A stretch of 64,000 nt of DNA from a virus: the IMG/VR virus record IMGVR_UViG_3300045581_000334, positions 12,695-76,694 of that record; one strand, written 5' to 3'. The notes beneath the pieces are model-generated. The model was not told the DNA's origin. It saw nothing but the letters and a program-made list of their open reading frames with translations, and ran no database searches. Positions 39,865 through 49,001 of the stretch are shown piece after piece; position 1 is the first letter of the stretch; the number at the start of each line of letters is the position of its first letter. The translations under genes and the position numbers were made by a program.

Positions 39865-42800
39865 TTAGGCTGACAAATCTCCAGCTAGCAACCAAGTATT
39901 TGTTGCTACTTTTGTTAATGTTGCCGATGAATAAGTTGTTCTTAACTTTAGCCCTGGTGTAGCTAGAATTGAAACTGTACCGTCTGCGGCTGCAAAACTT
40001 GCACCCGTTCCTGCAGATTGATAAAAATCAATTGAAGTTCCTACTGGGTAGGCTGTTGTTGAATTTGTTGGTACTGTTATTACATATGTTCCAGATACTG
40101 GTATTAATTGATCTCTTAATGAGAGTCCTCCAGTTGACAAATTGTATGCTGCTGAAATTGTTGTACCAATTGTAGTAAGTGAAGGAACGCCTTGTTTTGT
40201 CTGAGTTCCATCAGTAAATACTACGCCTGCAACTTCAACGTTATTTACTGCAAGATTGTCTAGAGATCCCTGTCCAAAATTTACAGTTGTTGCTGGCTCA
40301 TCTGCTACATCCTTGAAAATCTTCCACTTGGAATCAGAAACGTCTCTTACAATACCTGCGTGTTTTGCTGTGCCGTCTGTATATGCTACAACAAGACCAA
40401 GGTCTACGGTATTTGCCGCATTTTGATGAGCAAGCTGAACCATGTTATCTTCAATAACAATAGATGTTGAGCTTGCATTAAATGTTGTACCATTTACTGT
40501 TAAATTTCCGTCAACAGTCATATTGCCGTCAACTTCTAGGTTTCCAGTAAATGTTTGATTAGCAGCATTCTTATATGCTAATTGTGATGTATCAGAAATT
40601 CCGTGTACTGATGTTGTTGCTGAAGTATGAGATGTTACAGTAGAAGAAGCAGCCTTAGCATCAATCTGTGTTTGTACTGCTGAGGTTACTCCATCTAAAT
40701 ATCCTATTTCAGTTGAGCTAACATTTCCAACAGATGTTGTGGACGGAAGTACTACCGTACCAGTAAATGTTGGAGAAGCGATTGGTGCATAAGTTGAAGC
40801 AGCTGTTGCTGATGCAAGCTTAGTGTCAATCTGTGCCTGAATTCCAGAAGTCACTCCATCTAGATATCCAATTTCTGTTGAGCTAACATTTCCAATTGCT
40901 GTGGTGCCAGGAAGTGTTACCGTACCAGTAAATGTTGGGCCAGAAGAAGGAGCCTTGGATCCAAGATCTGATACCAGGTTGGCAATCTTAGACTGTTCAA
41001 TTTCTGCTGAAGCATTAATATCAGCATTTACAATTGTTCCATTTGCAATCTTTGCAGAAGTTACTGCTCCGTCATTAATTTTTTCAGTTGTTACAGCCAA
41101 GTCATTGATCTTGGCAGTTTCTACTGCCGAAGATGCTAATTGTGCTGCAGCAACTGCTGAGTCTGCAATTTTATCAGATGTTACCGCATCATTTGCAATT
41201 TTAGCTGTTGTAACATTTAAATCTGTAATTTTTACAGTAGTTACAGAATCTGCAGCAAGTTTATCTACTGTCACAGAAGTGTCTGCAATTTTTGCTGTAG
41301 ATACAGAACCTGCAGCAAGCTTATCGCTGGTTACAGATAAATCATTTATCTTTCCTGTAGTTACAGCCAAATCAACAATTTTTGCTGTAGAAACTGTATT
41401 GTCTGTTGGAGTTCTGGTATCAGACAAACGAGCATCATCTGTATACACAAGATTTGCTGTATTTGTTATACCATGTATGCTGGTTGTATCATCAGCATGT
41501 GATGTTAAAGCTGTCCCAGCAGTTGTTTCTGCAGCAGATTGAGCTGCTGATGCAGCATTATCTGCATAAGACTTGGTTGCCAAATCTGCAGTATTTGAAA
41601 TACCATGTACGCTAGTTGTGTCTGCGCTGTGATTGCTTAATTCTGTTGCTGCAACTGTGCCAACATTATCTGCATAAGCTTTTGTTGCAAGAAGAGAAGT
41701 ATCTGCTATTCCGTGAACATTATAAATAGTATTATTATGTCCAGTTAAATTAGACGATGCAGTATTCCCATATCCTTCTATTAAATTATCTACATATGCT
41801 TTATTGGTAGCATGCAAAGCTCCTACTGGATCGCCGCTTAGTGTTAAAGCTCCAGTCATCGTATCCCCAGCCTTAGAAACCTTAGTTCCAATGCTGTTGC
41901 TTACAGTAGTCGCAAAACTTGGATCGTCTCCAAGTGCTGCTGCCAACTCATTAAGAGTATTTAATGCAGCTGGTGAAGAATCTACTAAATCTGCAACCTT
42001 TTGGTCAGCGTATGCCTTAGCATCCACCTCAGCTTGATCTGCGTAAGCTTCATAAGCATTAGTAATTGCTGTTTCACGACCAGCAACATAAGCTTCATAA
42101 GCAGTGGTGATTGCTGTCTCACGAGCATCAGTGTAAGCTTTAGCATCTACTTCAGCTTGATCTGCGTAAGCTTGATAAGCGGTGGTAATTAACCCTTCAC
42201 GTGTATCTGTATAAGCTTTAGCATCTCCTTCTGCCTGATCTGCATAAGCTTCATAAGCAGTGGTGATTGCTGTCTCACGAGCATCAGTGTAAGCTTTAGC
42301 ATCTACTTCAGCTTGATCTGCGTAAGCTTTTGTAGCAAGGTCAGCTGTATTTGCTATACCATGTACGTTAGTTGAATCATTTTCGTGATTCGAAAGATTT
42401 GTTGCAACAGTTGTAAAGAATGTAGGGTCATCTCCAATTGCTGCTGCTAATTCATTTAAGGTATTTAATGCACCTGGTGCTCCATCTAGCATGGCAGTTA
42501 CTGCCGCATTTACTGCGTCATTAATTGCTTGAGTTGCTGTTAGCTCTTTCCAGTTTGCATTTGTGCTTGCAGGGGTTGATTGAAGCACATATGATGTTCC
42601 ATTGTCTGACTGAATTGCAATATCGCCTGGTTCAACAGTAAGGGCAAGACGAGCTGCTTGGTCTGCAACAGAATGAACTGTAATTTTTGCAAGTGGCGGC
42701 AAGTTCTGAGCTTTAATGTAGCCACTGGCATCTAATTGTGGCACTCCGTCTGGCTGGCCATAATCATCTGTAGTTAATGGTGTACCATCATTATTGACGA

Positions 42801-42957
42801 TAGCATAATCTAGATTTCTCCAGTTAGTTGAGCCATCACCAATCTTAATTCTATTTGTGTCTGTTTCAATAGCAAGCTCGCCTGCTGCTAATTGTGGATT
42901 TGCGTCATACCAATCTTGGTACTCGCCTCGTCTAAGTTGAATTCTTACTGTTGCCAT
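39865..42957 (-). CDS. Long tail fibre-like protein
   Basis: N-terminal IQLRRG...NPQLAAGE...KIGDG.T.W, two LNTLNELAAA-DDP motifs, 10-aa VTTAKIAD repeats and C-terminal PGLKLR...WLLAGDLS. Confidence 0.85.
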   Translation of the reverse strand: MATVRIQLRRGEYQDWYDANPQLAAGELAIETDTNRIKIGDGSTNWRNLDYAIVNNDGTPLTTDDYGQPDGVPQLDASGYIKAQNLPPLAKITVHSVADQAARLALTVEPGDIAIQSDNGTSYVLQSTPASTNANWKELTATQAINDAVNAAVTAMLDGAPGALNTLNELAAAIGDDPTFFTTVATNLSNHENDSTNVHGIANTADLATKAYADQAEVDAKAYTDARETAITTAYEAYADQAEGDAKAYTDTREGLITTAYQAYADQAEVDAKAYTDARETAITTAYEAYVAGRETAITNAYEAYADQAEVDAKAYADQKVADLVDSSPAALNTLNELAAALGDDPSFATTVSNSIGTKVSKAGDTMTGALTLSGDPVGALHATNKAYVDNLIEGYGNTASSNLTGHNNTIYNVHGIADTSLLATKAYADNVGTVAATELSNHSADTTSVHGISNTADLATKSYADNAASAAQSAAETTAGTALTSHADDTTSIHGITNTANLVYTDDARLSDTRTPTDNTVSTAKIVDLAVTTGKINDLSVTSDKLAAGSVSTAKIADTSVTVDKLAADSVTTVKITDLNVTTAKIANDAVTSDKIADSAVAAAQLASSAVETAKINDLAVTTEKINDGAVTSAKIANGTIVNADINASAEIEQSKIANLVSDLGSKAPSSGPTFTGTVTLPGTTAIGNVSSTEIGYLDGVTSGIQAQIDTKLASATAASTYAPIASPTFTGTVVLPSTTSVGNVSSTEIGYLDGVTSAVQTQIDAKAASSTVTSHTSATTSVHGISDTSQLAYKNAANQTFTGNLEVDGNMTVDGNLTVNGTTFNASSTSIVIEDNMVQLAHQNAANTVDLGLVVAYTDGTAKHAGIVRDVSDSKWKIFKDVADEPATTVNFGQGSLDNLAVNNVEVAGVVFTDGTQTKQGVPSLTTIGTTISAAYNLSTGGLSLRDQLIPVSGTYVITVPTNSTTAYPVGTSIDFYQSAGTGASFAAADGTVSILATPGLKLRTTYSSATLTKVATNTWLLAGDLSA
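42000..42330 (-). repeat. 66-nt tandem coding repeat (AYADQAEVDAKAYTDARETAITT)
   Basis: About 4-5 near-identical copies visible at DNA and protein level. Confidence 0.85.
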
Positions 42958-43003
42958 TTTATTTTATACCCCTATATTAGAATTATACCACTTGCTTATT
43001 TTA

Positions 43004-43324
43004 CTAGGAAATGACTCCTGAATCAAACGTAAGAGCAAATGATGTACTGCTTGGGGAACCGCCATCGGCATATTTCGTAGCCTCAGTCACTACCCCGTCT
43101 CCACCAACTGAATATATTGGTGAACCATTATAATCAATAGCCAAGCCAATATCATTGAATCCTATATCATTTGAGTCTGATATATCAATCCATTGACCAT
43201 TAACCTGAATTCTTAATTTATTATTATCTGTATTAAATACTAGGGGTACTGAACCTAGTGTAACCTGTCCAGACTGGACTACTAGATTATTCTTAACCTT
43301 AAAATCTCTATTTGTTGTTGCCAC
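43004..43324 (-). CDS. Small fibre-associated structural protein
   Basis: N-terminus MATTNRDFKVKNNLVV shared with 43392..45002; DGGSP motif. Confidence 0.65.
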   Translation of the reverse strand: MATTNRDFKVKNNLVVQSGQVTLGSVPLVFNTDNNKLRIQVNGQWIDISDSNDIGFNDIGLAIDYNGSPIYSVGGDGVVTEATKYADGGSPSSTSFALTFDSGVIS

Positions 43325-43348
43325 GAGTTCAATATCCCCCGAATTTTA

Positions 43349-43373
43349 GGTGGGGGATTTTGTGTCCCCCACC
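43349..43373 (-). terminator. GC-rich hairpin after 43392..45002
   Basis: GGTGGGGGA-N7-TCCCCCACC. Confidence 0.65.
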
Positions 43374-43391
43374 AATTTAATTATTTAGTTG

Positions 43392-45002
43392 TTATGCTAT
43401 TAATGTTCCAGCAATTGTTACAGTGCTGTTGTTATTTAGAGTTGTTACTCTAATTCTAAAATGAGTTCCATCATGATCTGCTGTAATTGTTGACAAAGAT
43501 CCGTTTGTTCCAACAACTCCATATTCTGTCATATGAACATTATTGCTTGTATCTGAAGTTACAAGGATTTCAGATAACTCTGTGTGGGTACCATTTGCAA
43601 TTTTAACGGTGAATTTACCGCTCTTATAAGCTGTATGGTTCCATTGATAAGCAGTTACTGTACTAGCTGTAGGTACAGAGACTGTGGCTGCAACATTTTT
43701 AGCAACACCATTAAAGTCAATTGCTGCATATACTGGTTCTGCTACTGCATTACCAGCAAGTATTGCTCCGTCTGTATAAGAATTTGCTGAAGCAACTGCA
43801 TCAGATTCTGCTTGATCTACATACTGCTTTGTAGCTGCCTCAAGAGCATTTACTGGATCTGCATGTAGTACCAGAGCGCCAGTCATTGTTCCGCCAGCTG
43901 TTGCTAGCTTAGTTGCAATGCTGTTTGCTACTGTAGTAAAGTAATTTGCATCATCATTAATTGCTGCTGCAATTTCATTTAATGTATCAAGAAGTGCTGG
44001 GGCACCATCTACAAGAGCTGAAATTTGGCTGCTAACCCATGTCTTATCAGCAGTAACTGTTGTATCAATTGAGAATTCACCAGTTCCTGAATTGTATGAT
44101 AAACCATTACCAGCATTTACTGATCCACGAGCACGAGTATCTGTATAGTAAAGATTGGATGCACCCTCTTCAATATCATCTGTGTCTAAGGCATTTATTG
44201 CGCTATCTGTATAAGAAGCAGCGTTTCCTTCAGCTGTAGATGCTGCGCCATATGCATCATATGTATTTGCAGATACATTAATAATTCCGTCTGCGGCATT
44301 ATATGTTATTCCAGTTCCTGCAGATACTGCATTTCTTGCACGACCATTTGTAAAGTATAAATTAGATGAACCTTCTTCAATGTCATCTGAATCTAAAGCA
44401 TCTACTACTGTACTTACTGCATTATCGGCGTAGGTTTTTGTAGCAATTGTATTATCTACAGAAATTACACCTGTTGAGTTGTCATAGCTAATTCCTGTTC
44501 CGCCAGAAACTGCTTGACGAGCTCTTGTGTCAGTAAAGTATAAATTAGATGTTCCCTCTGCTAAATCATCAGTATCAGAATCTGCTACTCCGTTTTCAGC
44601 AGTAATTGTAAGACCAGCACCAGTGCCAGTAATTGTAATATTTGTTAAGTTAGCATTTGTTAATAAATCTGCTGCAGAAGTTTTAGCACGAGCATCCGTA
44701 AAATATTGATTTGTACCTTCTGCTAAATCACCAGTATCATGATTTGAAATATCTGAAACTGTACCTGTTACGTTACCAGTTAGATTTGCTGTAATTGTTC
44801 CAGCTGAAAAATTACCAGAACCGTCACGCTTAACAACCTTGTTAGCTTCATTTGCGGAGGTTGCGGTACCGCCAATAAGATCGATAATATAATTTTGATC
44901 ATCGGTCTTCTTTGTTAATATATCAAAACCGCCTACGGTAGCGCTACTTCCTTCAACTACCAGGCCATTTTTTACTCTAAAATTTTTATTTACTGTTGCC
45001 AC
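43392..45002 (-). CDS. Fibre/whisker-like virion protein
   Basis: Repeated DTDDLAEGxxNLYFTDxRAR units; LDTLNEIAAA motif. Confidence 0.8.
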   Translation of the reverse strand: MATVNKNFRVKNGLVVEGSSATVGGFDILTKKTDDQNYIIDLIGGTATSANEANKVVKRDGSGNFSAGTITANLTGNVTGTVSDISNHDTGDLAEGTNQYFTDARAKTSAADLLTNANLTNITITGTGAGLTITAENGVADSDTDDLAEGTSNLYFTDTRARQAVSGGTGISYDNSTGVISVDNTIATKTYADNAVSTVVDALDSDDIEEGSSNLYFTNGRARNAVSAGTGITYNAADGIINVSANTYDAYGAASTAEGNAASYTDSAINALDTDDIEEGASNLYYTDTRARGSVNAGNGLSYNSGTGEFSIDTTVTADKTWVSSQISALVDGAPALLDTLNEIAAAINDDANYFTTVANSIATKLATAGGTMTGALVLHADPVNALEAATKQYVDQAESDAVASANSYTDGAILAGNAVAEPVYAAIDFNGVAKNVAATVSVPTASTVTAYQWNHTAYKSGKFTVKIANGTHTELSEILVTSDTSNNVHMTEYGVVGTNGSLSTITADHDGTHFRIRVTTLNNNSTVTIAGTLIA

Positions 45003-45019
45003 TCTGACAACCCCCTTAT

Positions 45020-45571
45020 TTAAGCCTTAAGCGCAGTCCGCACAAATCTGGCTGTAACAGCCGAAGTTGTGGGGGTCACGCATAAACTAATTATACCTGA
45101 ATTTACTTCAAATGTGATGTCAGCTAAACTATTTGAAGTATTTGATATGATGTTGGATTCTGATACATTAATATCAGTTCCATCATTCAATAGCAGGTAG
45201 TCAGATGAAACATATTCACTACCTTTTGTTATTTGTAAGCTGTATTTAATTGTTCTATAAAGGCTAGCAGACCAATTATCTATAGCTGTTTTGTTTTCTA
45301 TTCCAGTTATAGTTAAATCGTTATTGCCTTCCAGCCCTAATAATTCTAAAGTCGCATCTGATTGATTGTCTAAATCAAAAAGTTGTGACTCTAAAGATGA
45401 TATTTTATAGTCTAAAGATGTAGTTACATTTGAGCCATCTACTCCAACTTTAGCTTGTAATGCTTCTAACGCATCGTTTACATTTCCATGCAAAGCGGCA
45501 TGGCCTGCCATGCTGTCTGTGCCTTGTGGATTATTTAAATTATCTAAACTTGCTGGAAAATTAGTTGCCAA
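45020..45571 (-). CDS. Virion structural protein
   Basis: MATNFPASLD...NDALEALQAKVG; C-terminal domain similar to that of 43392..45002. Confidence 0.7.
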   Translation of the reverse strand: MATNFPASLDNLNNPQGTDSMAGHAALHGNVNDALEALQAKVGVDGSNVTTSLDYKISSLESQLFDLDNQSDATLELLGLEGNNDLTITGIENKTAIDNWSASLYRTIKYSLQITKGSEYVSSDYLLLNDGTDINVSESNIISNTSNSLADITFEVNSGIISLCVTPTTSAVTARFVRTALKA

Positions 45572-45890
45572 CTTGGCCTCCGTCTAGCAACGTCAAGTTT
45601 GCAAAACTTGGATCGCTATATACTGAATCTGGATCACCGCCATCAAGTCCAATTATAACAGGAATTGTTTCATCTACAGACTCAATGTTGTTGATATCAT
45701 ATGTAAAATTAATTGTTTCTTGTATATCTATAGTATGAACGTCTCCGTCATAACTATGGGTATGCATGTAAAATGGAGCAGGCTGTTTGTCCATAGACAG
45801 CTCCCAAACTTGCCCGTTCCATTTCCATGAAACATTGCCACTTGTATGCTTTTGGTTAAGTGTTGGATTTAAAGGAAAAATTGTGGGCAT
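45561..45890 (-). CDS. Small structural protein
   Basis: FPLNP...WKWNGQVW, HTHSYDG and DGG motifs. Confidence 0.6.
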   Translation of the reverse strand: MPTIFPLNPTLNQKHTSGNVSWKWNGQVWELSMDKQPAPFYMHTHSYDGDVHTIDIQETINFTYDINNIESVDETIPVIIGLDGGDPDSVYSDPSFANLTLLDGGQVGN

Positions 45891-45917
45891 CTTCTAATTA
45901 TACCTCTAAATATATTA

Positions 45918-46205
45918 TTACCACTTATTAAGTGGACATTTTGCATCTTTTAATTTAGTTTTTAAAAACATAAAGCATCCACATTGCTTACAGGTAGATG
46001 TTTCTTTTATTAATTCAGGGCAAGAAAGGCATGTATTAAATCTTTGTGACGACTCTTCTTCTGAAGATGTAGAAACTGATGGGTCAACTTTATGCCAGGG
46101 CATACCGTAATTATTAGATAAATTTAAAGCCTCTAAATCTTTTTCTATTTCATCAGGCTTTTTAGGCTCTAAAAAATACTCAGATAGATCTATACTGTTT
46201 TCCAT
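45918..46205 (-). CDS. Cys-rich small protein (DUF6171-like)
   Basis: RxxxCxxCP...CKxCGCxMxxK...CPLxKW. Confidence 0.7.
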   Translation of the reverse strand: MENSIDLSEYFLEPKKPDEIEKDLEALNLSNNYGMPWHKVDPSVSTSSEEESSQRFNTCLSCPELIKETSTCKQCGCFMFLKTKLKDAKCPLNKW

Positions 46206-46233
46206 AATTAAATTATATCATTCTGTAATATGT

Positions 46234-46998
46234 CTAGCAAGGGTAGTTTCCTCCTCCGCCTCCGCAAGATCTGACATCTGAAGTTATGCATGACCCAAAT
46301 CCTATAAATGTAGGAGAGGAACATATTTGATATGTTCCATCTGAACAAAGTTTCCTGGTTCCCTCATAAATTCCTTGATATGAGTCCTCGCCATTACATG
46401 TAGGAATAATAACTTGATATGGCTCGCAATTTCCACAACTAAAAGATTGGAATGATGGTGGGAAGAATGGCGGGAAGAATGGGAATGATGGTGGGAAGAA
46501 TGGCGGGAAGAATGGGAATGATGGTGGGAAGAATGGCGGGAAGAATGGGAATGATGGTGGGAAGAATGGCGGGAAGAATGGGAATGATGGTGGGAAGAAT
46601 GGTGGGAAGAATGGGAATGATGGTGGGAAGAATGGCGGGAAGAACGGTGCAAAGTAAGGTGGGAAGAACGGCGGGAAGAATGGGAAGTACGGCGGGAAGA
46701 ACGGTGGGAAGAACGGGAAGAATGGGAAGAACGGTGGGAAGAACGGCGGGAAGAATGGAGGCGCTACATATCTATAATAGACAAAAGGAACAGTATCTCC
46801 CAATAAAGAAACTGAGTTTTCTGAAACTCCTTGACTTTGAATTAAATTATCAAGATTAATATTTGCAGTATCTATATATGATTCTGTATAATTTAACCCT
46901 AAAGAATTTAAATCGTTTTTAGCTTGAGACCTAGATTTTCCAGATAAATTTGGAACATTTCTTTTTCTTCTTCCGTGTCTACCAAATAGACTAAACAT
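46234..46998 (-). CDS. PASTA-like + Phe/Pro repeat + Cys-rich tip protein
   Basis: VPNLSGKSRSQAKNDLNSLGL (PASTA-like), a ~105-aa F/P tract, then an 8-Cys C-terminus. Confidence 0.8.
   Translation of the reverse strand: MFSLFGRHGRRKRNVPNLSGKSRSQAKNDLNSLGLNYTESYIDTANINLDNLIQSQGVSENSVSLLGDTVPFVYYRYVAPPFFPPFFPPFFPFFPFFPPFFPPYFPFFPPFFPPYFAPFFPPFFPPSFPFFPPFFPPSFPFFPPFFPPSFPFFPPFFPPSFPFFPPFFPPSFPFFPPFFPPSFQSFSCGNCEPYQVIIPTCNGEDSYQGIYEGTRKLCSDGTYQICSSPTFIGFGSCITSDVRSCGGGGGNYPC
46446..46759 (-). repeat. Tandem coding repeats including 33-nt units (PFFPPFFPPSF)
   Basis: GGGAATGATGGTGGGAAGAATGGCGGGAAGAAT repeated about 5-6 times. Confidence 0.97.
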
Positions 46999-46999
46999 A

Positions 47000-48991
47000 T
47001 CATACGCTCAAATCGCCCATGGCGACCCAAGAATTTAATGCTCTTTTCACCAGGGTTGCTGAACTCCATTTAGCTCTCAATTTCAATCCAGGAGTTGCGT
47101 CTATGGTAAATCCAGATCCTCTAAGAGTAACCTGAGAATCACCTGTTTGTAATATATTAACCGTAAACCCTACTGCAAATGAAGATGAGTCTACTATGTC
47201 TAAAAATCCTCCGCCAGACATTTCAATAAGTTTTCCTAAATCTCCAGGAACAACAATATAGGTTGCTGCCTGTGGATTTCTTACTGTAAGCTTATCAAGC
47301 TTAGTGTCAAGTGCTGTTTGTGTGGCAGTTGAAACTGGTTTGTTAGCATCAGATGTATTGTCTACATTTTCAAGACCAACCATTGATTTTGTAATTCCAG
47401 AAACTGTACCAGTAAAGGTCGGAGAAGATAGTGGAGCATAAGTAGCAATTGCGTTGGATTGAGTCAAGTATGTAGAAGAAGCTAAAGAAGAATCTAATTT
47501 ATTTCCTATAGCATTACTTATTGTTGTAGCGTAATTAGGATCATCTCCTAATGCTGCCGCCAACTCATTAAGAGTATTTAAAGTTTCTGGAGCGGAGTCT
47601 ACAAGATTAGATATTGCAGTATTGACATAAGTTTCAGTAGCATATCCAGTCAAGCTAGGTATTACTGGCTTATCCGTTAAATCATTATAGCTAGTTATAA
47701 TCTCTGTATCTCTTGCAATTGAATCTGGAATTTGAATGTCTGGTATCTTTGCGTTTCCGTCTAATGTTGCAACTCCATCTTGAACTCCTCTTTGGGATAA
47801 TGGAATAAACTCACCAGTTGTATTAGACAAGTTAAATGCTAAGTCGTCTAATTGTTCTTGAACTGAACTTGTTGTGCCGCTTAGTCTTTCTACATCTATA
47901 GATGTTAAATTAGCAGAAGGTAGAGTGTGCCACTCTGTATCATAATCGATTGCAGAAGATTTTATTAAAAATTGTCCAGCAGTTCCACCTTCTGATACGC
48001 CTGGTCCAGATTCACCTTGAATGCCTTGTGGGCCTTGTAAACCTTGCTCACCCTGAATTCCTTGTGGCCCTTGTAATCCTTGCTCACCCTGAATTCCTTG
48101 TTGACCTTGAATACCTTGTGGACCAGGTTCGCCTTGCTCTCCTTGAATACCTTGTGGACCCTGGTCTCCTTGTGGACCCTGAATTCCTTGTAATCCTTGT
48201 GGTCCAATTTCTCCTTGTATCCCTTGAGGTCCCTGTGGGCCAACTTCACCCTGAATACCTTGTTCTCCTTGGATTCCTTGCGGTCCTTGAGGTCCTTGTG
48301 GTCCAACAATTTGTCCAACATTATTCCATAGAGATCCGTCCCAAACATAAAGATCTCCGTTATCTTGATTAATATAACTATCACCAATTACATTACCTGT
48401 ATTAGGTAAAGAGGTTTCATTAGTTACAGATCCCTTTAATACTATAGATGTTCCAGCAGAGCCTTGTATTCCTTGCTCTCCCTGAATTCCTTGTGGTCCT
48501 TGAGGTCCCTGTGGGCCAACTTCACCCTGAATACCTTGTGGGCCCTGAATGCCTTGTGGACCAGATTCACCTTGTTCGCCTTGAATTCCTTGCGGTCCTT
48601 GAATTCCTTGTAATCCTTGTGGTCCCTGTAAACCTTGTTCACCTTGTGGCCCCTGCGGTCCTGGTATTCCTTGAGTGCCACCTGCTGGTCCCGCTGGACC
48701 TGCTGGGCCTTCTGGACCAAGGGAAACTTCTACCCAGTATGTGCCATCATAAACATAAAGTTTAGCGTCATCATTGTCGTACCAGATTTTTCCTTCATAA
48801 GATATTTCTGGAGATGGCAGTGTTGAACTTACATGTGCAAATGCTTGTGCACCTAAATCCTGCCATTGATTTCCTGAGTAATATCTTGCTTTTTGAGATA
48901 CTGTATTAAAATACAGATCTCCCTCAGAGGCAGATAAAGGGTCAAACTCTAGTCCAGATAAGTTTAATGGGACTTTAAATTTACGAGCCAC
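47000..48991 (-). CDS. Collagen-like tail fibre protein
   Basis: Two (G-x-Q)n collagen tracts, LNTLNELAAA motif and C-terminal PGLKLR...WVAMGDLS. Confidence 0.9.
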   Translation of the reverse strand: MARKFKVPLNLSGLEFDPLSASEGDLYFNTVSQKARYYSGNQWQDLGAQAFAHVSSTLPSPEISYEGKIWYDNDDAKLYVYDGTYWVEVSLGPEGPAGPAGPAGGTQGIPGPQGPQGEQGLQGPQGLQGIQGPQGIQGEQGESGPQGIQGPQGIQGEVGPQGPQGPQGIQGEQGIQGSAGTSIVLKGSVTNETSLPNTGNVIGDSYINQDNGDLYVWDGSLWNNVGQIVGPQGPQGPQGIQGEQGIQGEVGPQGPQGIQGEIGPQGLQGIQGPQGDQGPQGIQGEQGEPGPQGIQGQQGIQGEQGLQGPQGIQGEQGLQGPQGIQGESGPGVSEGGTAGQFLIKSSAIDYDTEWHTLPSANLTSIDVERLSGTTSSVQEQLDDLAFNLSNTTGEFIPLSQRGVQDGVATLDGNAKIPDIQIPDSIARDTEIITSYNDLTDKPVIPSLTGYATETYVNTAISNLVDSAPETLNTLNELAAALGDDPNYATTISNAIGNKLDSSLASSTYLTQSNAIATYAPLSSPTFTGTVSGITKSMVGLENVDNTSDANKPVSTATQTALDTKLDKLTVRNPQAATYIVVPGDLGKLIEMSGGGFLDIVDSSSFAVGFTVNILQTGDSQVTLRGSGFTIDATPGLKLRAKWSSATLVKRALNSWVAMGDLSV

Positions 48992-49001
48992 TATTAAACT
49001 C

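Noticed and set aside
46302-46652. His/Ser-rich alternative-frame ORF (HSSHHH)
   Set aside because: Alternative frame of the same repeat. Synonymous third-position variation (CCA/CCG) fits the Phe/Pro frame, and no initiation signal is evident.
47950-48826. Several overlapping ORFs over the collagen region
   Set aside because: Alternative-frame and antisense by-products of G-x-Q repeats.
38360-48991. Diversity-generating retroelement acting on the fibres
   Set aside because: No reverse transcriptase and no adenine-variant template/variable repeat pair is visible.
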